Position numbers and translations under genes: made by a program. From positions 186,001 through 250,000 of the IMG/VR virus record IMGVR_UViG_3300043410_001892: a stretch of DNA of 64,000 nt; one strand, written 5' to 3'. The notes beneath the pieces were generated by a model. That model saw only the letters and a list, made by a program, of their open reading frames with translations. It ran no database searches and was not told the DNA's origin. Shown here piece after piece: positions 17,173 to 26,552 of this stretch (position 1 is the stretch's first letter; each line of letters begins with the position of its first letter).

Positions 17173-18878
17173 TCCAATGTACAGTTTAATCCCTCCCGTG
17201 TGGCTTGAAATAAAGTTTTACCGTCTACAGTAATTTCTTCATCTACACCCGTTATTAGTTGGAAATTAATTTTGTCACCTAATTTAGCGTACTCTCTTGC
17301 TTGTGTGCTACTAACGTTTGTATCATTAGATCTGTCACCGCTACTGACAAACTTTAATACTACGTGTTCTCTACCATTTGGTCCTCGTACATAATCGGTT
17401 GTACGAGTTGGACCACTGTTCCAGTTATTTAATGCAGTTTCTAAACTATTATTACCTGGGCCTAACCTATCACTTCCTGCAATAAATGTCATGTGTCTAT
17501 AGCCTTTATCGTATAGCCAACATGCAGCTTTCCATGGATCTGTTACAAAATCTGACACTATAAATTCAGCATATTCCGGATGAATTTTCTTAATAAACTC
17601 AGTCTTAATATCGTAATTTAATGGATCATGTTTTGGATCACATTTGTTACTAGCAAAAATATACGCATGATTCTTACCAAGATCTACAGTTTGTTGCATT
17701 ACTTTTGTATGTCCAATAGTCGGCGGATTCATTCTACCAAAGCAAAAAACTGCCATTGGCATATTGCTTTTTGTTTCAATTTCTTCCGCTGGTATTTTGT
17801 ATTTTGAAAAGTTAGCACGACTAAATTCTAACCGATTAATGATCTTTAATTTATCATTACCGGCTCCTATTACATAGCCTTCGTGACTTATAATACTATT
17901 TATAATAGGTTGAACGGCACTGTGCAGTTGTTGCTCGTCAATCTGTCGTTTAATATCTAATTTAAGATTAGATATAGCACTCCATATTGCCCATAATCCT
18001 ATTATACCTCTTTGAATATCTGCATTAAAACTGCCATCTTTTCTACACAGTTTTTCTCGTACACTATGGGTAAATCGAGGCTGTGCAAATTCTAAAAACC
18101 GTTCAACAATATTAGTTTCCATATCACCAGAGTTTATCATTTTAGTAATAAATGGACTCATTGCTGCAATTATACATTTGCATTTAGCCGTAGTAATTTT
18201 AGCAATACAAGCGTCTACGTTGCTGGAATGCGTTGTTATTGCATCTTGTGCGCGTAAAAGTAATGTGTTGTTTACTGTTATATTTGGTTTATTAGGCATT
18301 TGAGTTGCAATAAATGTGATATCTTTGCAATTTGAAAATACATCAAACCCTGTAATAGGTTCGTCGGCTGCGTTTAGCCCTGGAAAGAATGTGTGTACAG
18401 CAATACCGCCTACACTATTAGAAATTGATTGTCCTAAGTCACTATTACAATCGACATGATATTCAACAGTGTTAGGTTTAAAGATAAATTGATTGTTAAT
18501 ACAAGTAGGAGTTCCTGTCCATAACAAATCACCCATATAATACGTGTCTGTTACTTTTGGAATAATATTTTCTAATGCAGGACGTAGAATATCTTCTTTA
18601 GCCCATAAGTCGCTACGTAATGAATTTCGAGAATTGTCATAATCTCGAATAGTTGTAAAGTCAAGTTTGCCAGCAGCGATTTGTTTAAACATGTGTTTAT
18701 CAACAAATACTAAATTACCATTTGGATCTCGACCAAAAACTATTGCAGGAAAGCCATCCCATTTAATAGTTAATGTATCAGTGTTAAAAGAAAGACTACT
18801 TAGTTCATTAACTGCTCTCTGAGCTCCTTTAGATCCTTCTAAAATAATTAGATCTTCAGGGTGTGCAATTCCTGCCAT
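17169..18878 (-). CDS. fusion of a ligase-like nucleotidyltransferase domain (DUF6267-like) and a HIGH-class cytidylyl/adenylyltransferase
   Basis: N-terminal IKWDG, GDLLW, HEGYV, KLKII; C-terminal FGRMNPPTIGH, AGSDR, SSTQAR. Confidence 0.7.
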   Translation of the reverse strand: MAGIAHPEDLIILEGSKGAQRAVNELSSLSFNTDTLTIKWDGFPAIVFGRDPNGNLVFVDKHMFKQIAAGKLDFTTIRDYDNSRNSLRSDLWAKEDILRPALENIIPKVTDTYYMGDLLWTGTPTCINNQFIFKPNTVEYHVDCNSDLGQSISNSVGGIAVHTFFPGLNAADEPITGFDVFSNCKDITFIATQMPNKPNITVNNTLLLRAQDAITTHSSNVDACIAKITTAKCKCIIAAMSPFITKMINSGDMETNIVERFLEFAQPRFTHSVREKLCRKDGSFNADIQRGIIGLWAIWSAISNLKLDIKRQIDEQQLHSAVQPIINSIISHEGYVIGAGNDKLKIINRLEFSRANFSKYKIPAEEIETKSNMPMAVFCFGRMNPPTIGHTKVMQQTVDLGKNHAYIFASNKCDPKHDPLNYDIKTEFIKKIHPEYAEFIVSDFVTDPWKAACWLYDKGYRHMTFIAGSDRLGPGNNSLETALNNWNSGPTRTTDYVRGPNGREHVVLKFVSSGDRSNDTNVSSTQAREYAKLGDKINFQLITGVDEEITVDGKTLFQATREGLNCTLE

Positions 18879-18899
18879 AATATACCTCTTATAAAAAAA

Positions 18900-19268
18900 T
18901 TAATCGTAAGTGCCGTCTTTTATATTATCAGACACGTCCTTAAACAACTGCTTACATACTTTCTTACAAATCTTAATATCTATATCATCTGGTAATTCAC
19001 GTATTGGATAATCCGTTAGATAACATTTATATGCTTTTTCTATTGTAGGTTTAAACATTTTAAAACTAACATCTTTACCATCTTTTATTTTATCTTTGCA
19101 TTTAAGAATAGTAGGATGCAAGTGTCGACGATAAACTTCGTCATTATTATGTAAATAGTGGAGAAGATCATCGACTAAGTCAAAATCTATTTCACTACCT
19201 TTTTCAGTTTGTTTTGTAAATTGCTCACTTTTAAAGTGTGCATTTTCAAGTAATTCGTTAATACGCAT
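18900..19268 (-). CDS. putative head-associated hypothetical protein
   Basis: N-terminus MRINELLE; upstream TATAAATA. Confidence 0.55.
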   Translation of the reverse strand: MRINELLENAHFKSEQFTKQTEKGSEIDFDLVDDLLHYLHNNDEVYRRHLHPTILKCKDKIKDGKDVSFKMFKPTIEKAYKCYLTDYPIRELPDDIDIKICKKVCKQLFKDVSDNIKDGTYD

Positions 19269-19289
19269 GATAAATCCCGTGTTATTAGT

Positions 19290-19298
19290 ATATTTATA
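19290..19298 (-). promoter_or_regulatory. T4-type late promoter TATAAATA
   Basis: exact TATAAATA about 22 nt upstream of the ATG at 19268, heading the 10.7-19.3 kb block. Confidence 0.6.
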
Positions 19299-19904
19299 CT
19301 AATTAAGAATCCTATCGATTGATAACTTAATATTGCCTAAATGTAATTTAACAAATAAAAGAGTGTGTTCTCCTTTAACATATAATTGTGAGCCAGCATC
19401 ATATCTATTTGGTTTTACAGATAACAACCGTTCAGTTTTTGGTTGAAGTTTAATTTTGTCATTGTTGTTAGACCATTCTATAAACTCAGGATTAAGATTA
19501 GCTACTCCACCGAGCGTAACTCTAAAATCATATGGAGTATTTGGCATGTATACCATTCCTCGTTCTAATCCATCTGGTGGAATACCAATTGAATCAACAA
19601 ACCTTGGTATTAAATCTCGAATAGCAGTAATATCATTGTAATTGTTAGTATAGATAATTAACGTTGGTAAATTAACTCTTGTTGCAAAGTTTTCCATATT
19701 CATTATATGTTCATATAGAAGAGTAGTTGCGTTATAATGATCTGGATAACGAATACTATCTATTTTAGAAACCATCTTAAGTCGTTTAGCATATTTAGAC
19801 TTGTCATGTCCTTTAAAGATATCGCCATTGGCGAGAGTCAATACGATATTGTATTGAAACTCGCCTTTGTACAATTTCTTAACAGTGGTAAACTTAATTG
19901 TCAT
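19299..19904 (-). CDS. hypothetical protein
   Basis: ORF track; ATGA overlap with clpA. Confidence 0.55.
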   Translation of the reverse strand: MTIKFTTVKKLYKGEFQYNIVLTLANGDIFKGHDKSKYAKRLKMVSKIDSIRYPDHYNATTLLYEHIMNMENFATRVNLPTLIIYTNNYNDITAIRDLIPRFVDSIGIPPDGLERGMVYMPNTPYDFRVTLGGVANLNPEFIEWSNNNDKIKLQPKTERLLSVKPNRYDAGSQLYVKGEHTLLFVKLHLGNIKLSIDRILN

Positions 19905-22180
19905 ACTGCTTGATTAACTGCCCGTACATGATCAAGTGTTAGTACTGGCCCTTTAGTAATTACTTTAGGTTTTGCTGTTAATGAAATCTTGTCATCAACA
20001 ACACTAATTGTTAACCAACCGCCGTTTTTAAGATCACCAAACAACATCATTTTAGCAAGATCGCGCTTGATCTCTTTATCAATTACACGATGTAGCGGTC
20101 TAGCACCCATCTTAGGATCAAAGCCTTTTTCTAACAACCAATTAGTTGCAGTTTTGTCAACTTTAATACGTACACCTTTGTCTTTAACTTGTTCACGAAC
20201 TTCATCCATAAACTTGTTAATAACTTTAACCATTGAATCTTTACCTAATTTGCTAAAGGTAATAATACCGTCAAGTCTGTTACGGAACTCAGGAGTTAAA
20301 AACTTCTTAAGTTCTGCATCTGAATAGTCTTTTTCTTGAGTACCAAAGCCAATTTGATTCTTTTCTGCAGCTTGAGCACCAGCATTAGTGGTTAGAATTA
20401 GTACAATATGTCGACAATCTGCTTGTCTGCCGTTTGAACCTGTAATAAAACCATTGTCCATCATTTGCAATAGTACAGTTGATACATCCGGATGTGACTT
20501 TTCAATCTCATCAAACAGCAATACTGCGTTAGGATTTTCTTGAATTTGTGTGATCAATAACCCTGCACTGTCTTCAAAGCCAACATAACCCGGAGGACTA
20601 CCAATTAATTTACTAATACTATGCTTTTCTTGATACTCAGACATATCAAAACGTAACAATTTAGTACTCAAGTGTTTAGCAAGTGCCTTAGCAGTTTCAG
20701 TTTTACCGCAACCTGTAGGCCCCATAAACACAAAACTACCAATTGGTTTATTTTCAGGTTTTAAACCTGCTTGTGCAACCATGATCTTATCAACAATTTC
20801 AGTAATTGCAGTGTCTTGGCCAAATACTTCTGTTTCAAGGGATTCTTGTAATGTGGCAATAGCACCGGTTTCAGTTTGCATAATTTGTTCAATAGGCATA
20901 TTGATCATTTTTGCTAATTCAAACTGAATTTCAGGCTCAGATACGATTCTGTGTTCAGCAAGTTTTAAGTTAAATCGCGAACATGCACAGTCAATTAAGT
21001 CAATAGCTTTGTCAGGTAGCTTTTTATCCGCTTGATATTTAACAGATAATTTAATTGCAGCCTGTAATGCATCGTCTTTGATTTTAAGTTTATGATGTCC
21101 TTCGTAGTATTTCTTAATACCTTTAAGAATCTGCAAAGTCATTTCTTGTGTAGGTTCATCAACAGTAATACGTTGGAATCTACGCATCAATGCACGATCT
21201 TTCTCAAAATGCTTACGATATTCATCCCATGTAGTTGACGCAATAACTTTGATGTTACCTTTACTAAGTGCAGGTTTCATCATATTAGCCAAGTCATTAG
21301 ATGAATTACCTGAAGCACCTGCACCACTAATCATGTGTGCTTCGTCGATAAACAATACGCATTTGCCTAATTTTTGTAGTGCTTTGATTACTTGTTTAAA
21401 GCGTTCTTCAAAGTCGCCTCTGTACTTAGATCCTGCTAACATTGCAGCAATATCAAGATTGTACACTGTATAATCTAATAAGAAATCTGGCACTGCTTCG
21501 TTGACAATATTATAAGCAAGCCCTTCAGCAATTGCAGTTTTACCTACACCTGGATCACCTACCATAATAATATTATTTTTACTACGACGACCTAATGCTA
21601 GTGCAATATGCTCTAACTCGTCTTCTCTACCAATAACAGGATCAATCTTTTTATTCTTAACTTCTTCATTTAAGTTAGTAGTATAAGATTGCAACGCCTT
21701 GTTAGTTGATTGATTTTTATTATCACCTACGTCATCGCCCATGTCAGTTGAATTCTGCATGTATTCGTTGAACTTTTCTTTAGTGATATTTACTTGTGAT
21801 ATATAGTAAAATGCCCATGTGCGCTTTTCACCTAACATTGCTAAGAAAAAGTTAGATGGTTCTATTTTTTGCCCACCATTAAACAATACCTGTGTAAATG
21901 ATCTATTCAACACACGTTCAACTGCTTGTGTTTTTTTAGGTTTAACAACAACGTCAACTGTAGTAATTTCTTGACATTTAGTTTGTAAATGATTAAGTAA
22001 TAAATTTTTCAAATAGTTTACGTCTGCCCCAACTCCTTGTAAAGCATTAGTAAATGAACTATCTTCCATAAGCATCGAGCATAGAACATGTTCTAATGTT
22101 ACATACTCATGGTGCATATTTTTTGCAGAGATAATAGCTTTGTCAAAAATCTCTTGTAATTTTTCGCTTGGTTCAACCAT
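19901..22180 (-). CDS. clpA: ATP-dependent Clp protease ATP-binding subunit ClpA
   Basis: N-domain HEYVTLEH; two AAA+ modules (GDPGVGKT/FIDEAH and GPTGCGKT/LFDEIEK); IGF ClpP-docking loop; no ClpB M-domain. Confidence 0.92.
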   Translation of the reverse strand: MVEPSEKLQEIFDKAIISAKNMHHEYVTLEHVLCSMLMEDSSFTNALQGVGADVNYLKNLLLNHLQTKCQEITTVDVVVKPKKTQAVERVLNRSFTQVLFNGGQKIEPSNFFLAMLGEKRTWAFYYISQVNITKEKFNEYMQNSTDMGDDVGDNKNQSTNKALQSYTTNLNEEVKNKKIDPVIGREDELEHIALALGRRSKNNIIMVGDPGVGKTAIAEGLAYNIVNEAVPDFLLDYTVYNLDIAAMLAGSKYRGDFEERFKQVIKALQKLGKCVLFIDEAHMISGAGASGNSSNDLANMMKPALSKGNIKVIASTTWDEYRKHFEKDRALMRRFQRITVDEPTQEMTLQILKGIKKYYEGHHKLKIKDDALQAAIKLSVKYQADKKLPDKAIDLIDCACSRFNLKLAEHRIVSEPEIQFELAKMINMPIEQIMQTETGAIATLQESLETEVFGQDTAITEIVDKIMVAQAGLKPENKPIGSFVFMGPTGCGKTETAKALAKHLSTKLLRFDMSEYQEKHSISKLIGSPPGYVGFEDSAGLLITQIQENPNAVLLFDEIEKSHPDVSTVLLQMMDNGFITGSNGRQADCRHIVLILTTNAGAQAAEKNQIGFGTQEKDYSDAELKKFLTPEFRNRLDGIITFSKLGKDSMVKVINKFMDEVREQVKDKGVRIKVDKTATNWLLEKGFDPKMGARPLHRVIDKEIKRDLAKMMLFGDLKNGGWLTISVVDDKISLTAKPKVITKGPVLTLDHVRAVNQAV

Positions 22181-22214
22181 TATTAGATCCTTGTGTAGTA
22201 GTTAATAAAGCAAT

Positions 22215-22243
22215 ATTATAAAGTATTTTAATTATAAAGTCAA
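22215..22243 (-). promoter_or_regulatory. sigma70-type promoter for clpA
   Basis: TTGACT-N17-TATAAT. Confidence 0.7.
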
Positions 22244-23091
22244 ATAATTTGACTGTTTATTTGTTGCAATTGTGCCACCAATTCTGGTTTGGTAACTGCA
22301 GGGGTTTTTATTTTTACAACAGTAACAAATCTTCCAATCTGTCTATTGTGTAAATTAGTAAACCCGCCGTGCGCTTTTGCATATTCTGTACCAGGTTGTA
22401 CTCCTGGTTTAATAGTAATGTTATGTTTTTCACCTATTAAGTTGGTAACTTCTTTAACACAACCAATCATTGCTTCAATTGGTGAAATTTCAATTGAAGT
22501 AAATATGTCATTACCTTCGCGTCTAAAATTAGGATCAGGTATTACATTTATAGTTACATTTAAATTACCACGTGGAACACCCGGCTGTGAGTTATCTCCT
22601 AAGCCGTCATATCTAATAGTATCTCCGTTATCAATACCTGCAGGTACGTTAATTACAACATGCTGTGGTTCTCCGCTAGGCAAGTTAATATTAGCATCTA
22701 TTTGTTTTCCTTTAAATGTATCTGCTAATGTGACTTGAATTTGTAAATTTAAATCTCGGTTACGGCGACCTTGTTGGAATCCATGTGCAAAGTGTTGTCC
22801 AAAAATATCATGCATATTAAACTGGAAGCCTCCACCGAAACTGTTACTAAATGGTCCTCCTCCACCAAATCCACCAAATCCACCAAATGGATTTCCATTT
22901 TGTTGCATATCATATTCTTGGCGTTTTTGTGGATCACTTAATGTATCATATGCTACTGAAATATCTTTAAATGTAGCTTGGTCTCCACCTTTGTCGGGAT
23001 GATGTTTATTTGCTAATGAACGATATGCTTTTTTAATATCGTCTTGTGATGCATCTTTTGATACACCTAATTTTGAATAAAAGTCTGTCAT
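22240..23091 (-). CDS. dnaJ: DnaJ-family chaperone (class B/CbpA-like, no zinc finger)
   Basis: J-domain with HPD, G/F-rich linker, DnaJ C-terminal domain. Confidence 0.9.
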   Translation of the reverse strand: MTDFYSKLGVSKDASQDDIKKAYRSLANKHHPDKGGDQATFKDISVAYDTLSDPQKRQEYDMQQNGNPFGGFGGFGGGGPFSNSFGGGFQFNMHDIFGQHFAHGFQQGRRNRDLNLQIQVTLADTFKGKQIDANINLPSGEPQHVVINVPAGIDNGDTIRYDGLGDNSQPGVPRGNLNVTINVIPDPNFRREGNDIFTSIEISPIEAMIGCVKEVTNLIGEKHNITIKPGVQPGTEYAKAHGGFTNLHNRQIGRFVTVVKIKTPAVTKPELVAQLQQINSQII

Positions 23092-23111
23092 GATTAATCT
23101 CTCATAATAAA

Positions 23112-23158
23112 AGGTCAGTTAGTATAGTAATTATACTATACTAGAACTGACCTGTCAA
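23112..23158 (-). promoter_or_regulatory. sigma70 promoter embedded in a long terminator-like hairpin
   Basis: TTGACA(23158-23153)-N17-TATAAT(23135-23130) inside an inverted repeat at 23112-23153 that is followed by TTTT. Confidence 0.7.
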
Positions 23159-23166
23159 GATTTTGA

Positions 23167-23412
23167 TTACTTACGTTTTTTAACTACTTTTTTTGGTGCA
23201 GGTTTAGCTGCTGGTTTTACAACTGGTTTTTTAGGTGGAACTTTTTTACCTTCAAACTTCTTGTGAACTTTGATAGTTTTACATTGTTTCTTACCTTTTA
23301 CAGTTTTGCAAACTTCTTTAGTAGTTGGACCAACGTGTCCTTCTTCATGATTAGCATACGCAACTGGAGCTGCTAACATGCCAATAATAATTAATGATAA
23401 TAGTTTTTTCAT
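23167..23412 (-). CDS. small secreted Lys-rich protein
   Basis: signal peptide ending in AYA; one Cys pair; basic tail. Confidence 0.6.
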   Translation of the reverse strand: MKKLLSLIIIGMLAAPVAYANHEEGHVGPTTKEVCKTVKGKKQCKTIKVHKKFEGKKVPPKKPVVKPAAKPAPKKVVKKRK

Positions 23413-23423
23413 ATTATTTCCTT

Positions 23424-23888
23424 TTATGATTTTGGAATTGGTTTAGCTGCAGGGCGTTTTCTTGCCACTTTAGGAGCTTCTTGTACAACAGGTTCTGGAG
23501 CTGGCTCTGGAATAACAACTGGTTCTGGTGCTATCACAGGAGCTGGTGCAGGCGCTGCTGGTGGAACATATACCGGTGCAGGAGCTGGTGCTGCTGGCGG
23601 TGGTGTAAAGCTGCTAAAGTCAGGTAAACTCGGACCTGCAATTTTTTCTTGTGTACGACCGTGTGCTGAGATACCTAATACAACACCCATTGCAATGTGA
23701 TAAAGACCGCCACCTTGTAATGTTAGTGGTTGCCACATATCTAAGTTTTGGCCTGGGTTATAGTATTGTAATATATTGTATAAGATTGGTCCTAAAACGA
23801 AGTCAAACAAACATGTAACCATGTATGTCATTGCCATCATTGGGCGCCAGTATCTTGTCATAAAATCCTCTTTATTTTGTTCTTCCAT
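23424..23888 (-). CDS. putative holin (3TM/GTA-holin-like) with a Pro/Ala-rich tail
   Basis: WRPMMAMTY...FDF...LTLQGGGLYHIAMGVVLG...GRTQEK; position in the lysis cassette. Confidence 0.6.
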   Translation of the reverse strand: MEEQNKEDFMTRYWRPMMAMTYMVTCLFDFVLGPILYNILQYYNPGQNLDMWQPLTLQGGGLYHIAMGVVLGISAHGRTQEKIAGPSLPDFSSFTPPPAAPAPAPVYVPPAAPAPAPVIAPEPVVIPEPAPEPVVQEAPKVARKRPAAKPIPKS

Positions 23889-23903
23889 GTACGTTCCTTG
23901 TAT

Positions 23904-24173
23904 TTAAATCGCTTTTGCTGCGGTTGATGCAATTGTGATTGCAATTTCTATAATTTTATTCAATTCTGCTTGTGCGTTAAGTGCTGCAGCATCTTCTATG
24001 ATAATCCCTGTCGTAGAAATGTCTGATAATAATTCTTCATATTCTGAAGCACTAAGTTTTCCATTTTGATAATTGTTAGTTAGATCTTTAAGTTCTGTAG
24101 CTGCAGCCTCTAATGCATGACTTTTAACTGCATCAAATCCACTTAAACTATTTAAAATGTCTTGTGTATTCAT
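23904..24173 (-). CDS. hypothetical protein
   Basis: ORF track. Confidence 0.55.
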   Translation of the reverse strand: MNTQDILNSLSGFDAVKSHALEAAATELKDLTNNYQNGKLSASEYEELLSDISTTGIIIEDAAALNAQAELNKIIEIAITIASTAAKAI

Positions 24174-24574
24174 CTTGGTTTACCTCCTATAGTTTGGGCA
24201 ATTGTAGTTGCCGCTGTTGTTAAAATATCCATTTTTTGTTTACAATAAGCTTCACTTATCTTTTCTGTTTTATGATATCGAACATGTAACGGTTGTGTTA
24301 AGTCCATTAGTGATTCTGATAATTTTATAGTAGCTTTATTTTCTGGTATGAATTCAGCATAGTTTTTAAATTCAATACTTTTTAAATATATACGATCTAC
24401 AATAGGAACCATTTGTTGTTGGTTGCTGCAGAACTCGGAGCTTATTTGAGATAAGCTACGGATATCGTTAATTAGTTGATATTCATTTTGATCAAACTTA
24501 GCCATAAAATATGCATCCATTGCAGCGCAACCAGATAGCATACTAAGTATAATAATTGCTAATACTTTTTTCAT
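24170..24574 (-). CDS. lipoprotein
   Basis: MKK plus hydrophobic core plus LSGC lipobox. Confidence 0.7.
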   Translation of the reverse strand: MKKVLAIIILSMLSGCAAMDAYFMAKFDQNEYQLINDIRSLSQISSEFCSNQQQMVPIVDRIYLKSIEFKNYAEFIPENKATIKLSESLMDLTQPLHVRYHKTEKISEAYCKQKMDILTTAATTIAQTIGGKPR

Positions 24575-24870
24575 TTTACGTCCTCATATATTTTCTTTTG
24601 TTGCGTGTACCAATCTTGCCAAGCAAGATATCGTTCTCGTAGTTCATAGTAAGAACCGTAATTCTCACTAGCATTTTCTAATATATCACTTAGTTCCGGG
24701 TTAGTTTGAGATAATGTCTTTAACGTCGGTGCCGACTCCATCAAGGATGGAGGTACCTTTGGGAAGCTCATTGTTAACGGCACTGTTGTAGAGCACCCTT
24801 GCAACATCAGGAACAGTACACTCGGCATTGATAATTTCTTTGTGTTCTTGAATAATCTTTTTTGTTGCAT
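24571..24870 (-). CDS. o-spanin (Rz1-like lipoprotein)
   Basis: LQGC lipobox, Pro-rich segment, partly overlaps the i-spanin in another frame; start could also be 24828. Confidence 0.7.
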   Translation of the reverse strand: MQQKRLFKNTKKLSMPSVLFLMLQGCSTTVPLTMSFPKVPPSLMESAPTLKTLSQTNPELSDILENASENYGSYYELRERYLAWQDWYTQQKKIYEDVK

Positions 24871-25201
24871 ATACTTTTTCCTTGATAACTTTTACTTTTT
24901 CTACTACACGAGTTTCAATTTGAACATTAACTTCTTTAGATTGTTGTTCAGCTATTTCTATTTTTTGTTCAAGTTCTGCTACACGATTACGCCATTCCAT
25001 TTCAACACCGTAACCACCTTTAAAGTAAACACCGGCAACTAATAAGATTGTTGACAGTATATTTAACAATAACTGATATTGGTTAAGGAATGGTATGTAC
25101 TTAATAAAAAATCCTGCTATAGTACCAATAGCACCTAATAGCAGGACTGTATTAACTACCCAAAGTAAATATGCATCAGGGAGGAAATGTAAGAAAAACA
25201 T
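24701..25201 (-). CDS. i-spanin (Rz-like)
   Basis: N-terminal TM helices then coiled coil; immediately downstream of the endolysin. Confidence 0.7.
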   Translation of the reverse strand: MFFLHFLPDAYLLWVVNTVLLLGAIGTIAGFFIKYIPFLNQYQLLLNILSTILLVAGVYFKGGYGVEMEWRNRVAELEQKIEIAEQQSKEVNVQIETRVVEKVKVIKEKVYATKKIIQEHKEIINAECTVPDVARVLYNSAVNNELPKGTSILDGVGTDVKDIISN

Positions 25202-25821
25202 TATGCACTCAATACTTTGATTGCGTTAGCATAGTGGTGTTTTCTGTCTTCTAACCCAATAGTTCCGCCATTAATTCTTTTTGTTAAAGTAACAATGTCA
25301 CCTTTGTCTGCCCATTGATTTAAATTATTAGTTTCCCAGAACCAGCAAGCACTTTGTACTGCACCTTCAAATGTTTCTAAATATTCAATTGTTTCATCGA
25401 TATCCATTTCTAAGCTTTCTGCAAAACGAGTATAGTTGTCTTTACCGGTTAATTGGATAAGCCCACGCCCACAGAATTTAAATCCGTCACCAGTTGATTC
25501 ATCGCCATTCCCCATACGACCGCCATACACTTTGCTTGCAATTTTTTGTGGATTTCCAGCATATGATTCTGCTAATGCATCGGTTGGGAAATATTTAGGG
25601 AATACTTTTCTCAATGTTGCTGCACGATAGTTTAAGTTTTCTTTCAATGCAGTGTAGTTTCCACTTTCGTGAGCAGTTTGAGCTAAAAATGCAGCAACTC
25701 GTTCTTTGCTCCAGATATCGTATTCTGGTAAGATTGAGCTTAATGCATCATACCATTCTGCGATGTAAGGGTTGCCTGGTATAATTTTTGCTAAGTGTTC
25801 TTGTGTAAATGTAAATGCCAT
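25201..25821 (-). CDS. glycoside hydrolase family 19 endolysin
   Basis: FLAQTAHESG, ENLNY, GRGLIQLTGKDNY, SACWFW, TKRINGGTIGLEDR; likely start MAFTF. Confidence 0.92.
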   Translation of the reverse strand: MAFTFTQEHLAKIIPGNPYIAEWYDALSSILPEYDIWSKERVAAFLAQTAHESGNYTALKENLNYRAATLRKVFPKYFPTDALAESYAGNPQKIASKVYGGRMGNGDESTGDGFKFCGRGLIQLTGKDNYTRFAESLEMDIDETIEYLETFEGAVQSACWFWETNNLNQWADKGDIVTLTKRINGGTIGLEDRKHHYANAIKVLSA

Positions 25822-26549
25822 TATTTTTTCTCCAATGCTACAGCCCATCCGCTGTTTTCAAATATAAATGTATTACCAACTTTGGTAATATTGTAGTTTC
25901 CAATTCTTTTTGTAAAGTACATTACTTCTGCAATAGCACTTCCTTCTATTATAATTGGACCTTGTATAGAATTATATACTTCAGATTTAGGTCCACTTGT
26001 AATAATATCAAAAGTTATAGTATCACTGTACGGTGTTTTAAATCTAAGTGACTCGTTAACAATATCAACTTCTGAAAAACTTTCTTTAAAGAAGGTACTA
26101 AAATTATCTAAACCGTGTTGTTTAGTTTTTTCTTCGTATGCTGCAGTGTCAGTAGGTATTGCTGATTTTAAATTTCTTAAAGTTGCGTCTTTGCTCTTAA
26201 AATTTTTAAAATATCGAAATCTCATATCAGACATTCCAGTTAATAATTCTATACCGTTTAGTAATTCAAGAATGTTTGCCGGAGCTCTACTATTTCTTTC
26301 TAATTCAACAAAAACTTTATAAGTTCCATCTTCTGTTTCGCCAGGACTAACATCTGCATCAAGTACAAAGTCATATCCCATTTCAACAAAGTTTTCTAAA
26401 TCGTTTGCAGGATCTTCATGATCAACTGTAAATGAGAGTACAATTACATCTTTGTCATTTCCGATTTTACTTTGGTAACAATCAATTTCAAAAACTTTTT
26501 TTACTAATTCTCGAAGATCTTTTGCGTGTAAACTTTCATTGATACTCAT
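25821..26549 (-). CDS. hypothetical protein
   Basis: ORF track. Confidence 0.6.
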   Translation of the reverse strand: MSINESLHAKDLRELVKKVFEIDCYQSKIGNDKDVIVLSFTVDHEDPANDLENFVEMGYDFVLDADVSPGETEDGTYKVFVELERNSRAPANILELLNGIELLTGMSDMRFRYFKNFKSKDATLRNLKSAIPTDTAAYEEKTKQHGLDNFSTFFKESFSEVDIVNESLRFKTPYSDTITFDIITSGPKSEVYNSIQGPIIIEGSAIAEVMYFTKRIGNYNITKVGNTFIFENSGWAVALEKK

Positions 26550-26552
26550 AAT

